64,000 nucleotides of DNA from a virus (lineage: Duplodnaviria; Caudoviricetes): IMG/VR virus record IMGVR_UViG_3300010356_002264; one strand, given 5' to 3'. Below, one piece after another: positions 10,145 through 19,854 of this stretch (its first letter is position 1; every line of letters begins with the position of its first letter). A program made the position numbers and the translations under genes. The notes below the pieces were generated by a model. The model was given only the letters and a program-made list of their open reading frames with translations, searched no databases and was not told the origin of the DNA.

Positions 10145-11171
10145 CCTGCGCTGCACGCCCCTCAACTACCAGTTCGCCGACGCGGTCCAGCCGCGTCCCG
10201 AGGAGTTCGTCGTGGGTCCGGCGGGCACCAACGCCCCCTACCACACGATCCAGGCGGGCATCGACGCGGCGGCGGCCGGGGGGGAGCGGACCCTCTTCAA
10301 CCCGGCCCTCGTGCGGGTGCTGCCGGGGGCCTACCCCGACCAGGTGGTCACGCTGCGCAAGCACGTCCACGTGTGGGGGGCGGGCACCAAGGACGAGGCG
10401 ATCTCGTTCTTCAACGGCTACGTGGTGGTCGACCTCGCGCCCGACCCGTTCGGGGCGTTCGTCGAGTGGCGCGGCATGGGGGTGAACGCCCCGCTCGGGG
10501 CCCCGGCCGGCATCCACTTCACCGGCTCCAACCCCCAGGCGCTCGGCCTGGAGGACGACATCGTCACGGGCAGCGCGGTGAGCCTCCTCATGGACAACAC
10601 CTCGACCGTGAACGCCACCGTCGAGGCGAACCTCGTCCAACTCGCCCCGTTGAGCGCGGCCTTCCAGGCGGTCGTGCAGGACTCCGGGCTGCTCCAGGTG
10701 AAGTACTCCGAGCTCACCAACACCAACCTCGTCGGGGGCGAGTCGCCCGAGGTGCTGCGGTTCGGCCCCACGAGCGCGCACGCGCGCGGGCTCCTGGCGA
10801 TCGTCGACTACTCGACGATCATCGGGCGCGTCGCGGTGGACGGTCGGCTGTCGACGGCGACCGCCGACAACACCATCGTGGTGGTGCTCGGCTACTGCCC
10901 GCAGAGCACCACCACCGCGACGGCCAAGCCGCTCGTGAACACGACGGGCGCGGTCGCCCCGAACGTCGTGTCGGTCGGCCTCTACTACCACCTGCTGGCC
11001 CCCTCGAACTGGGTCGCGGGCAACCCCGCCGTGCAGGGGACGCCCCTGTTCTCGACCGTGAAGGTCCAGAACGCGGCCGTCTCGGGCAAGGGGTCCCTTG
11101 ATGGGGTTCCGTTCTCGTCGCTGACCGACACCTTCTACGCGATCTCCGACCCCGTCCCGTTCGTCTCGTAG
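10116..11171 (+). CDS. beta-helix/pectin-lyase-like protein, possibly virion-associated
   Basis: PYHTIQAGIDAA..VRVLPGAY cap motif; V/T/N/G-rich. Confidence 0.55.
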   Translation: MSYRTSHCRNLRCTPLNYQFADAVQPRPEEFVVGPAGTNAPYHTIQAGIDAAAAGGERTLFNPALVRVLPGAYPDQVVTLRKHVHVWGAGTKDEAISFFNGYVVVDLAPDPFGAFVEWRGMGVNAPLGAPAGIHFTGSNPQALGLEDDIVTGSAVSLLMDNTSTVNATVEANLVQLAPLSAAFQAVVQDSGLLQVKYSELTNTNLVGGESPEVLRFGPTSAHARGLLAIVDYSTIIGRVAVDGRLSTATADNTIVVVLGYCPQSTTTATAKPLVNTTGAVAPNVVSVGLYYHLLAPSNWVAGNPAVQGTPLFSTVKVQNAAVSGKGSLDGVPFSSLTDTFYAISDPVPFVS

Positions 11172-11209
11172 GTCAGCTCTGAACGGGAACCCCCGGGTCC
11201 CCACTCCCC

Positions 11210-11578
11210 ATGTTGAGCCTTCCTGCCCAAGACCTCGCCGACGCCCTGCACCAGGGCTGTGACCCGCACCTGCTGCACCCCTTCCTAATCGACGCGATCG
11301 ACCGCCTCGTCCGCCTGGAGGCGACCCCCGCGTCCGACGTCATCCATGGAGCGCTAGAGCGCGCCGAGACGGCCGTGATGGCCCCCATGGTGTTCGGAGG
11401 GGACCTGCCGAGCCCCGTCCTGTCCCTTCTTGGAACGATCGCGCTCGACGTCGGAGCGCTCGTCGACCACCTGCGCAGGTCGGAGGCCGAGCGCCAGCAG
11501 CTCAGGGACGCCCTGCACGCAACGCGCGGGGTAGATTTGCCGCATGCACATCCTCACCAAGCAGGTCCATGTGGTTGA
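11210..11578 (+). CDS. hypothetical protein
   Basis: ATG 37 nt after TCAGCTCT (11173). Confidence 0.55.
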   Translation: MLSLPAQDLADALHQGCDPHLLHPFLIDAIDRLVRLEATPASDVIHGALERAETAVMAPMVFGGDLPSPVLSLLGTIALDVGALVDHLRRSEAERQQLRDALHATRGVDLPHAHPHQAGPCG

Positions 11579-11867
11579 GCTCGACGAGCTCATCCGCTTC
11601 GCCTCCCAGGTCGCTGGCCGGGAGGTCGCACCCTTCGTGCTCGACCCCCGCAGGATCGCCCTGTTCGAGCTCGCCCGCCTGCCCCCGCTCCCCCGCCTGC
11701 ACGAGGCGAGCGGCCACCTGAGCCCCGTCCAGCACGCCAAGTGGGAGGCGCTGCGCGCCCCCGACCCCCCGATCGTGTCGGTCTCGATCGAGACGATCCT
11801 CGACGCCCTGGTCCGCGAGGGGCGAGCCCCCGGGGGGACCTACCTCGTCGTCGGGGCTTCCGGGTAA
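11544..11867 (+). CDS. hypothetical protein
   Basis: High GC3; tiles with neighbours. Confidence 0.55.
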   Translation: MHILTKQVHVVELDELIRFASQVAGREVAPFVLDPRRIALFELARLPPLPRLHEASGHLSPVQHAKWEALRAPDPPIVSVSIETILDALVREGRAPGGTYLVVGASG

Positions 11868-11875
11868 GCTCGGAC

Positions 11876-12223
11876 ATGAGCCGAACCACCCTACTAGAGC
11901 CCCGCACGATGAAGGCCACCGCGGCCCACCACCAGCTGGGCGACCTCAGCAGTAGTGTGCCCGACTGGTGCGTGGTGACCGAGGAGGACGAGGACAACTA
12001 CTACGGGCGCTGGGTGCTCGGGATGGGGTTCTTCAACGTCCGCTTCCCCAAGGCGACCACGCACGAGCTCACCGCAGAGGACGAGCGGGCGTTCAACGCC
12101 ATGGTGCCCCGGATACGGATCGGCGGCCTGGGACACGCATCCGAAACATACGGCCCGCACCGGGCCTGGCCTTCGAGCGAGCATTTCCCCGCCGACCTCG
12201 GGGCGGAGATCGCTCGCCTATGA
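11876..12223 (+). CDS. hypothetical protein
   Basis: High GC3; stop overlaps next ATG. Confidence 0.55.
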   Translation: MSRTTLLEPRTMKATAAHHQLGDLSSSVPDWCVVTEEDEDNYYGRWVLGMGFFNVRFPKATTHELTAEDERAFNAMVPRIRIGGLGHASETYGPHRAWPSSEHFPADLGAEIARL

Positions 12224-12720
12224 CCTCACCCACCCTTCACAGCGCGGTCGCCGCACTCCTGCGGGAGCTCCCGCAAGACCTCGTCGTGTGGCGCGTCCTC
12301 GACGTGGAGTACACGGCGTCTGCCCTGGCGCAGGAGGTCGCGCAGGGGTCCGTGTTCGGCACACAGTACGCGGAGGACCTGCTGCGGGTCTGTCGAGACC
12401 TGCTCGGACGGCACGAGCGTCGAGAGCGTCGAGAGCGTCACGCCCTCCCCGCAGGTCGGCTGGCCATACGAGAGCGGACGCGGTCTCTCGGCCGGTCGTC
12501 GGACCCCGACGTAAGGCAGCTCGCCCACGACGCCGACCGCATGCTCCTGCTGCTGGAGGCGCTGCTGCTGGTGGACCACCCGGAGTCCCCCCTGTCGGAC
12601 GGGGACCACGCGGGCGCGGTCAACTTCCTCCTTCAGCTCGTCCCCAAGGTGCGGGCGCTGCTCGGTAGCGAGGGAGCCCCAGACGATGAGTCCGCCTACG
12701 CCGTCCTCCGCGAGCCCTGA
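12220..12720 (+). CDS. hypothetical protein
   Basis: ATGA coupling. Confidence 0.5.
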   Translation: MTSPTLHSAVAALLRELPQDLVVWRVLDVEYTASALAQEVAQGSVFGTQYAEDLLRVCRDLLGRHERRERRERHALPAGRLAIRERTRSLGRSSDPDVRQLAHDADRMLLLLEALLLVDHPESPLSDGDHAGAVNFLLQLVPKVRALLGSEGAPDDESAYAVLREP

Positions 12721-12946
12721 GGGGCCGCGCCGGACCTGCCCCGTGTGCCTGATCCGTGCCCCACTACAAGGTGGGAGGTTCGTGCTGCACGCGATGGACC
12801 GGATCAACGGCAAGAACATCCCCTGCCCCTGGACGGGCATCCCCAATCCCCCCGGCGTGTTCGACCTAAACTCTGAGGTCGGCCAGCTCACCCAGCGCTT
12901 CGACGTCATGATCGCCGTCGGGAAGCGCGGAAAGCTCTTCCTGTGA
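12686..12946 (+). CDS. small Cys/His-containing protein
   Basis: CPVC..H..C; coupled to tatD. Confidence 0.5.
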   Translation: MSPPTPSSASPEGPRRTCPVCLIRAPLQGGRFVLHAMDRINGKNIPCPWTGIPNPPGVFDLNSEVGQLTQRFDVMIAVGKRGKLFL

Positions 12947-13782
12947 CCCCCCAGAATCCACCCGACCTCGTAGACATCGGCACCAACCTCTCGAACCGCC
13001 AGTTCGACCCCGACCGCCCCGAGGTGATCGCCCGCGCCCAGCAGGCCGGCGTTCGCGCGATCGTCGCGACCGGCACCGACCTGCGCGCGACCCGCGCCGG
13101 CCTGGAGCTCGCGGCCCGCTACCCCGGCGTCGTCTACACGACGTGCGGGGTCCACCCACACAACGCGACGACCTACGAGCGGGACAGCCCCCACCTCACG
13201 ACCCTCGCCCGCGACCCCGCCGTGGTGGCGATCGGCGAGTGCGGCCTCGACTTCAACCGCGACTTCTCGCCCCGCCCCGTCCAGGAGCGCGCCTTCGCCT
13301 CCCAGGTGGAGACCGCCATCGAGACCAGAAAGCCGCTCTTCCTCCACGAGCGGGACGCCCACGTGCGCTTCCTGTCCATCCTCGACGACTACCGCGACCA
13401 CGGGACCCTGCCCGTTCCCGCCGTCGTCCACTGCTTCACCGGAACCGACAAGGAGGTGCGGGCCTACCTCGACCGAGGGTTCATGATCGGCGTCACCGGG
13501 TGGGTCTGCGACGACCGCCGCAACGGGGCACTCCTCCGCGCCCTCGCCCTCTTGCCCATGGACCGGCTGCTCCTGGAGACCGACGCCCCCTTCCTCCGCC
13601 CGCCCGGCCTCCTCGGACAGACCCGCCGCAACGAGCCCTGTAACCTCGTCCACGTGTGCCGCCGCGTCGCCGCCGTGCTCCGCAAGACCCCCGAGGAGGT
13701 CGCCCGCACCACCACCGACAACGCCCGACGCTTCTTCCGCCTGCCGGCCTCCAGCCCCCCGACTCCCGACAAGAGCCCGTAG
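12943..13782 (+). CDS. tatD: TatD-family nuclease
   Basis: DIGTNL, GVHPH, IGECGLDFNR, FLHERDA, HCFTG, ETDAPF, RNEP. Confidence 0.95.
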   Translation: MTPQNPPDLVDIGTNLSNRQFDPDRPEVIARAQQAGVRAIVATGTDLRATRAGLELAARYPGVVYTTCGVHPHNATTYERDSPHLTTLARDPAVVAIGECGLDFNRDFSPRPVQERAFASQVETAIETRKPLFLHERDAHVRFLSILDDYRDHGTLPVPAVVHCFTGTDKEVRAYLDRGFMIGVTGWVCDDRRNGALLRALALLPMDRLLLETDAPFLRPPGLLGQTRRNEPCNLVHVCRRVAAVLRKTPEEVARTTTDNARRFFRLPASSPPTPDKSP

Positions 13783-13824
13783 CCCGAGTACCCTGGACGG
13801 GCGATCAACGCCCGAGGAGCCCCC

Positions 13825-14061
13825 ATGGCAACCGACCCCGAGGCGGAGCGCGAGTACGCCCGCATCGATCCCATCCAGTCCGTGAGCGAGATGACGCGCG
13901 CGGTAGACGCCCTCCCCTCCAACCTCCGGCGCTGCGTCATCTACCTCGGCCTGGCCCGCTCCCGCTTCCAGTGGTGGTGGAGCCTGCTCGCCCGGAAGCA
14001 CGGGATACCACCGTGCGACTGGCCCGACCCACCAGGCACCGTGCTAGCCTCTCTCGCATGA
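13825..14061 (+). CDS. hypothetical protein
   Basis: GAGGAG RBS; coupled to next ORF. Confidence 0.5.
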   Translation: MATDPEAEREYARIDPIQSVSEMTRAVDALPSNLRRCVIYLGLARSRFQWWWSLLARKHGIPPCDWPDPPGTVLASLA

Positions 14062-14264
14062 GAGACCCCGCCCGCATCGTCCCCATGCTCGACGCCCTCC
14101 GCCGCGTGTGGGAGAAGAACCCCGACCTCCGCCTCGGTCAGATCGTCAGCAACGCTGCCCGCTCGCACGGCGCGTGGCCCGACGTCTTCTCCATCGAGGA
14201 CGAAGACCTCCTGCGCGGGCTCAACAGCTCGCCCCAGGCCCGCCCCCGCTACCCCCACGCATGA
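14058..14264 (+). CDS. YihD/DUF1040-like small protein
   Basis: MRDPARI..L..VWEKNPDLRLGQIV. Confidence 0.65.
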   Translation: MRDPARIVPMLDALRRVWEKNPDLRLGQIVSNAARSHGAWPDVFSIEDEDLLRGLNSSPQARPRYPHA

Positions 14265-15163
14265 GCACCCCACCGGCCAGATCCCACGTCCCCTCACCCA
14301 GCTACCCCCAGAGCCGCCCCACAGGCGAGCTCGTCGCCCTCATGACCGGCTCCGGCCCCCGCATCGGCGACGCCCTCCACGCGGACCCCGACGCCATGAC
14401 CGACGTCCTGGCGGCCCTCACCCGGCTCGCCGCCCTGGAGGCCGCCACCCCCCCAGAGGTCGAGACCGCGCTCGCCCAGGCCGACCTGCTCATCAACAAC
14501 CACCGAGACCCCGAGGTCTGCACCCTCGCCAACCACACCCGCCGCCTCGCCCAGGCGCTCACTGAAGCCCGCGCCGAGCTAGCCCGCCTCACCTCCGAGA
14601 ACGAAGACCAGCACGCCCGCCTCATGGCGCACGCCAAGCACTCCGACGCCTCCAGCCTCGCGGCCATCGAGTACATGACCCGCCTCCGCCGCGAGCGCGA
14701 CCACGCCCTCGACCGCGCCGCCACCCTCGCCCACGGAGTCCGCCTGATCCTCCGCAAGCACTCCCTCCCCCCCTCCAACATGCAGGCCGCCCACGCCTGG
14801 GAGCGCGACCACGCCGCCCTGTACGCCGAACCCTACGCCCCAACCCCTCGACCCCCATCCCCCATCCCCTCCACCTTCGTCGACCTCTGCACCGCCGGCC
14901 TCCGCCTCCCCACCGAGGCCGACGACTTCATCGACTCCTGGCACGACGGCCACGACCCCCGCCCCCTCGCCCAGGCCCTCGGCCTCTCCCCCGAGGAGTA
15001 CGCCCGCTTCACCACCGACCCCACCGAGCTCCCCCGCGCCCTCGCACGCGCCTCCCTCACCGCCAAGGTCCGCCTCGCCCTCGCCCCCCTCACCGACCAG
15101 CCCGTCACCCCAGAGCTCCTCGACGAGCTCGCCAAGACCCTCACCCTCACCCTGTCCCCCTAG
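14261..15163 (+). CDS. hypothetical coiled-coil protein
   Basis: ATGA coupling; third positions mostly C. Confidence 0.6.
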   Translation: MSTPPARSHVPSPSYPQSRPTGELVALMTGSGPRIGDALHADPDAMTDVLAALTRLAALEAATPPEVETALAQADLLINNHRDPEVCTLANHTRRLAQALTEARAELARLTSENEDQHARLMAHAKHSDASSLAAIEYMTRLRRERDHALDRAATLAHGVRLILRKHSLPPSNMQAAHAWERDHAALYAEPYAPTPRPPSPIPSTFVDLCTAGLRLPTEADDFIDSWHDGHDPRPLAQALGLSPEEYARFTTDPTELPRALARASLTAKVRLALAPLTDQPVTPELLDELAKTLTLTLSP

Positions 15164-15214
15164 TCAGCTCCACCCAGCTCCCCCCACCCCGACGGGTCCC
15201 CAAAGGAGTCCCCC

Positions 15215-15805
15215 ATGCCACCTGCTCGCCACGTCTTCAACACCCTGTCCCCCCTGCCGTTCCTCCTGTTCTTCGCCTCCCTCTGCTCCGCCACACGCCA
15301 CCTCGCACCCTTCTGGTCTTTCCTGACCTCCCTCCTGTGCGCCTTGTCCGTCTGCTCCGCCTCAAGCTCCCTCCGCACCAACCTCCGCACCCTCCTACGC
15401 ACCACCAACCCCTCCGCTCCCGACCCCCTGCCCTACCCACGAGGACGCCTCCTCGCCAGCGCCCTCGTCCTCCTCACCTTCCTCGCCCTCAGCCACCTCA
15501 CGAGCCTCAACTTCCTCTCCGTCCCCCGCTACCTCGCCGCCCCCACCCTCGCCCTCTTCCTCCTCCACGCCCTCGCCCAGTACGCCGCCACGCTCCACCT
15601 CCGCACCCTCATCGCCCTCGCGGACCTCGACGCCAACCACCCCGGCACCCCCTCCTCCTCCCGACTCCACCCCTCCCCAACCCCACACGTCAAGGTCGGC
15701 CCGCTCCACCTCCCCATCAGCCCCCGCCCCGACCGACTCCTCCGACTCTCCGCCCCCATCGCCGACCTCTACCTCCGCTACCCACACCTCGCCTGGATCC
15801 CGTAA
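15215..15805 (+). CDS. hypothetical membrane protein
   Basis: AAGGAG RBS; about four hydrophobic segments; extremely C-rich. Confidence 0.6.
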   Translation: MPPARHVFNTLSPLPFLLFFASLCSATRHLAPFWSFLTSLLCALSVCSASSSLRTNLRTLLRTTNPSAPDPLPYPRGRLLASALVLLTFLALSHLTSLNFLSVPRYLAAPTLALFLLHALAQYAATLHLRTLIALADLDANHPGTPSSSRLHPSPTPHVKVGPLHLPISPRPDRLLRLSAPIADLYLRYPHLAWIP

Positions 15806-16284
15806 CGGTCCGACCTCCCCCTCCCCCTCCCCCTGGGGGTACCCCCCCACCCCCCACAGAACCGCTCGATAAACCTTCGGGACCAGCCAAGGGACCCGTT
15901 TTGGGCGAATCGAACCGACATCATGAGTAGACGCCGTTTTCCCCCCGTTTTGACCCCCTTTCTACCGGACCTCACCTCGACGGACCAGATCACCCCCCTT
16001 TCGGGGCGATCTCACCGACGGTACGCGACCGACCTCCGTGCGCGCCGACGCGCGACCGAGTCGCCTCGACCCGAAGGCGTCGCGGGGCCGGTTCACCGAC
16101 GGGCGGCACGGGCACGGTGCGTGAGGGTCCCGCGTCGTGGCGTTTCGGGGGGTCCGTGGCGCACCGTGGCGTTCACGGGCCGGAGGGGGCCGGTGAGGGG
16201 TCGGACAAGCGAACGGCGAGTCGAGACGGTTCGTAGCCCAGCGGGGGGGTTGACGAAACGGGGGAGGCAGGGGAGGATGTGGGC
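15806..16284. other. skew-inversion region, candidate replication origin or genome end
   Basis: + strand switches from extremely C-rich to extremely G-rich; short repeats TCACCGACGG x2 and CGCGACCGA x2; C and T tracts. Confidence 0.5.
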
Positions 16285-16869
16285 ATGACGGGAGCGGTGA
16301 GTCTTGAGGTGTACGCGCGGCTTGGGGGGGCGAGTCGGCAGGCGGTGCATAAGAGTGGGGATCCGGTGAGGTGGCTTGGGGCGCGGGTGAGGCGGGGGTT
16401 GGTGCCTGTGCGGCCGGAGAGCGTGCGAGGTGCGTGGGGTGTGGCGCGTGCGCGGGCCGGGGAGCTCGTGGAGGCTGCGCGTGGGAGGCTGCTGGGTCGG
16501 GGGGGTGCGTCTGGTGTGGGGCGGAGGCGAGCGGAGAGTGCGGAGGGGCTGGGGGAGGCGCTGGGGGTGGTGGTGCGGGCCGGGGAGACGGTGGTGGAGG
16601 TGTTCGCGCGGTGGGTTCGTGAGCAGGTGCGTGCGGTGGGGCGGCTTGGGCGGGGTAGGCGGCCTAGGGGTTGGCGGGCGGTGGTGCCGTGGCTGGACGG
16701 GGTGTGGTTGCCGCGGTGGGTGGGGCGGTTGTGCGGAGTGTTGGCGGTGGTGCCGGAGGGTCGGCGGTACGTGTCGGAGCGGGTGGAGGGGTCTGGGGAG
16801 GTGCAGGAGGAGCAGGAGGACCCGTGGGGGGACGATGGGGAGGGGTCGCTGCTCTACGAGAGCGACTGA
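16285..16869 (+). CDS. hypothetical protein (G-rich coding strand)
   Basis: GGAGG upstream; third positions mostly G/T. Confidence 0.5.
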   Translation: MTGAVSLEVYARLGGASRQAVHKSGDPVRWLGARVRRGLVPVRPESVRGAWGVARARAGELVEAARGRLLGRGGASGVGRRRAESAEGLGEALGVVVRAGETVVEVFARWVREQVRAVGRLGRGRRPRGWRAVVPWLDGVWLPRWVGRLCGVLAVVPEGRRYVSERVEGSGEVQEEQEDPWGDDGEGSLLYESD

Positions 16870-16907
16870 CGCAGCTCTACGAGGAGCAGAGGGTTCGACG
16901 TAGGGGT

Positions 16908-17177
16908 ATGGCGACGACGCAGGATCTAGAGGAAGAGATCAACCGGGCGGCGGAGTACGCGGGGTTTCCGTCGAGGTGGGTGGCGCGGGTGGTGGAGCGG
17001 GATGGGGATGTATGGGTGGAGGTAGACGGGCGTGTCTACCAGGTGGACCTGGCGTGGGCGCTGGGGAACGTGAGGCGGTTGGCGGACCGGTGTTCGGTGG
17101 CGCAGATGGTGCACGCGCTGGAGGTGTCGCACCCTGGGGTGATGGGGGTGAGCAGCAAGCAGCGGGCGCGGGGTTAG
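16908..17177 (+). CDS. hypothetical protein
   Basis: MATTQDLEEEI..; converges on tRNase Z stop. Confidence 0.5.
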   Translation: MATTQDLEEEINRAAEYAGFPSRWVARVVERDGDVWVEVDGRVYQVDLAWALGNVRRLADRCSVAQMVHALEVSHPGVMGVSSKQRARG

Positions 17178-18022
17178 GGTGCGAGCAGGGGGGTGACGCG
17201 GTCGCGGAGGCCGTCGGGGAGGTGGGCGAGGGCCTCGTGGACCTGGGAGTCGCTGTACTTCAGGCTGAAGTGCTTGAGGACGACGTGGCGGGAGGCGAGC
17301 GCCTGGGGGCAGCGGTGGTGTAGCTCGACGAGTTCGTCGAGGTGGGTGTGTCCGTAGCGTGCGGCGGCTGAGGTGGGGTCTGGAGGGAGGTAGGTGGCCT
17401 CCAGCAGGAGGACCTCGGAGCGTCCGACCTCTGGGTGGCGCTCCAGGGTGTCGACGGTGGAGTCGCCGACGTAGGTGAGCAGGTCGAAGGTTACGTCGTC
17501 GGTGACGGTCTCGCCGCGCTGAGCGCGGGTGCGGATGGTCTCGGTGGGGAGGCCGGCGAGCGCGGGCTTGAGCTTGCGGCGGGTTTCGGTGACGGTGTAG
17601 CCGCGGGAGGGTGCGCGGTGGGTGGCGTCGAAGGCGCGGACGGAGTAGCGGGACGACAGGTGGAGGACGTCTCCGGGGGAGACGGGGTGGACGATGGAGT
17701 CGAGGTCCTGGGGGTCGGCGTGCTCCATGCGCTCGTGGGCGCGGAGGACGGCGAGCAGGTCGTCGCGGGACTCGGCGGGCACGTAGACGCGCGGGGGAGG
17801 GGCGGAGGACAGGGCGCGGAGGCGCAGGTGTCGGACGAGGCCGAGCACGTGGTCGTGGTGGACGTGGGACAGGAGCACGTTGCGGAGGCCGGCAACGTCT
17901 TGGTCGCAGTGGCCGAGGTCGAAGCAGGCGTCGAGTGCGGGGACCGCGACGTAGGTCGCGAGGCCGCTTCGGCTGAAGCCGTGGAGGGTGAGGGGGCCGA
18001 GGGGGAGCGTGACGGGCTGCAT
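17174..18022 (-). CDS. rnz: tRNase Z-like metallo-beta-lactamase (TM/plant short type)
   Basis: SHVHHDH, H..PSRGY..RRKLKP flexible arm, GDS, LEATY, GHTH, HFS.KY. Confidence 0.85.
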   Translation of the reverse strand: MQPVTLPLGPLTLHGFSRSGLATYVAVPALDACFDLGHCDQDVAGLRNVLLSHVHHDHVLGLVRHLRLRALSSAPPPRVYVPAESRDDLLAVLRAHERMEHADPQDLDSIVHPVSPGDVLHLSSRYSVRAFDATHRAPSRGYTVTETRRKLKPALAGLPTETIRTRAQRGETVTDDVTFDLLTYVGDSTVDTLERHPEVGRSEVLLLEATYLPPDPTSAAARYGHTHLDELVELHHRCPQALASRHVVLKHFSLKYSDSQVHEALAHLPDGLRDRVTPLLAP

Positions 18023-18063
18023 GGCGTGAAGTCGATGTGCATCCGTCGGATGGAGCTGAGGGC

Positions 18064-18447
18064 TTACCTCTGGGTGATGGACGCGAGCGCGTCGGGTCCC
18101 GTGTGGGTGTGGGGCTTGCCCGCGGGGAGGTACAGGGCCCCGAGGGCGTTGACGCCCTCCAGCTTGTCCGAGTAGATGGTGCCACGGGGGGTCGGGTGGG
18201 GCTTCTTGTAGGTCTCGGGCTTGAGGACGGCGCCGGTCGTCTTGTCGACGAAGCAGAAGGCGCGCTCGTGCCGGTGGCGGTCCGACTCGGGACCCGAGTA
18301 GTGGACGTCGAGGACGAGCACGTAGCGGCGGCCGTCCTTGCACTCCAGGGTGTGGGAGGTGCGGCTCTCCTCGGCGTCGACGATCTTCTGGGCGCGGGCG
18401 ACGAAGGTCGCGAGGGCAGCGGGGAAGCGGGGGTCTGTCTGGCTCAT
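18064..18447 (-). CDS. hypothetical phage protein
   Basis: FCFVDKTTGAVLKP..RGTI; ATG 37 nt from motif at 18484. Confidence 0.65.
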   Translation of the reverse strand: MSQTDPRFPAALATFVARAQKIVDAEESRTSHTLECKDGRRYVLVLDVHYSGPESDRHRHERAFCFVDKTTGAVLKPETYKKPHPTPRGTIYSDKLEGVNALGALYLPAGKPHTHTGPDALASITQR

Positions 18448-18484
18448 GGGGGAGAGTCGCCCGGTCGGGTCGGATCGGAGCTGA

Positions 18485-18733
18485 CTACTCGACGCGGCGG
18501 AGGTCCCTGATGGACACGGGGAGAGTGAAGCCGTGCAGCCGCACGCCGCCCTCGGGGGTGAGGGCCTCGACCACGTACTCGGTGTTGACGGACAGGTGCG
18601 CGGAGGCGTTGCCCCCCACGGTACCAGAGGTGCCGGGGACGAAGGCGCGGCGCGAGGTGCTGGATCTCCTGCCCCTGCGGGTCGCGCGCACGACGCGGTC
18701 GCCCGGCTGGAGCGGTCGGGGTTGGTTGTCCAT
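18485..18733 (-). CDS. hypothetical protein
   Basis: ATG 37 nt from ACAGCTCG at 18770. Confidence 0.6.
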   Translation of the reverse strand: MDNQPRPLQPGDRVVRATRRGRRSSTSRRAFVPGTSGTVGGNASAHLSVNTEYVVEALTPEGGVRLHGFTLPVSIRDLRRVE

Positions 18734-18798
18734 GGGGGGAGGTCGCTGGCCGCGGACGGACCCGAGCTGTTCGGAGCCCAGCGGGCGGGTTGACGAAA

Positions 18799-19386
18799 CT
18801 ACAGGGCGAGGAAGCCGGTCGTCATGCGCTCCAGGTCCAGGTGGAGGCCGAGCGGGGGGACCGGGGCCTGCCAGGAGGCCGCGAGGTCGGCCGCGCCGCG
18901 CTTGCGGGGGTCGACGCGGAGCGCGAGGGCGAGCTTGTGGCGCAGCGCGTGGAGGGCGGCGTAGTCGGAGGGGCCGGACCCGTACTCCCCGAGGGCCGTC
19001 AGGGTGACGCGCCGGCCCTCCACGGAGCGGGTGAGGGCGAGCGGGACGGGGAAGAAGCGCGGGATCCCGGCGGGGACCAGGGAGCGGAGGTGGATCTTGT
19101 CGGTGCGGCCGGTCACCAGCAGCCCGGTGCTCGACGCCCAGCCGGCGGACCCCACGGTGAACCGCTCCACGACGTGCAGCAGGACGACCCGGCGGGCGAA
19201 GTCGTCGAGGAGGTGGTGCGCCGGGGCGTAGTCGCCCACGCCGAGCAGGCGCACCAGGACGCTCCGCTGGCCGAAGCGCACCGCCTCGAAGCGGACGCCG
19301 GGCGCAAGGGGCTGGGGTTCGCGGCGCTGGTGCTCGTCGGGGAGCAGGTCCTCCAGGTGGGAGGTGACGCTGCGGAGCAGGCTCAT
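18799..19386 (-). CDS. hypothetical protein
   Basis: AAGGAG RBS; coupled. Confidence 0.55.
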   Translation of the reverse strand: MSLLRSVTSHLEDLLPDEHQRREPQPLAPGVRFEAVRFGQRSVLVRLLGVGDYAPAHHLLDDFARRVVLLHVVERFTVGSAGWASSTGLLVTGRTDKIHLRSLVPAGIPRFFPVPLALTRSVEGRRVTLTALGEYGSGPSDYAALHALRHKLALALRVDPRKRGAADLAASWQAPVPPLGLHLDLERMTTGFLAL

Positions 19387-19622
19387 GGGGACTCCTTGGG
19401 TCTACCGGAGGGGACCAGGCGCGGGAGCTCCTGGCAGTAGCGTGCGATCGCCAAACACTGCGGGCAGTCGGGGGTGCGGCGCGAGGGGACCCCGCGGGGT
19501 CGCTTGCACCAGTCGGTGATCCCGCAGAGGGTGACCGCGTCTGCGCCGGGGTAGGGGGCGATGTGGACCATCACCCTCCCGTCGTGGGGGTCGGTCTCGA
19601 CGACCGTCTCAAGCCGACGCAT
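19383..19622 (-). CDS. small zinc-binding protein
   Basis: H..TLCG..CPQC. Confidence 0.55.
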   Translation of the reverse strand: MRRLETVVETDPHDGRVMVHIAPYPGADAVTLCGITDWCKRPRGVPSRRTPDCPQCLAIARYCQELPRLVPSGRPKESP

Positions 19623-19854
19623 CGGGCACTTTGGGGAGGAAGGGGGCCGCGGCCTGCTCGGCGGCGAGCGCCGCCTGGAGGACGTCGGGGGCGGTGCCGC
19701 CCGCGAGGCGCTTGTGCCCGTCCCAGACGGTCCAGGCGGGGTCGCGGTCCTCGCAGGTGGTGACCTGGAGGTACAGGTGCTGGGCGCGCGCCGACCACCA
19801 GGGCTGGATGTCCTGCTGCTGGGTCCATCCTTCAGGGAGCTTTGGAGTCTTCAT
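19609..19854 (-). CDS. hypothetical protein
   Basis: ATG 37 nt from motif at 19891. Confidence 0.6.
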   Translation of the reverse strand: MKTPKLPEGWTQQQDIQPWWSARAQHLYLQVTTCEDRDPAWTVWDGHKRLAGGTAPDVLQAALAAEQAAAPFLPKVPDASA

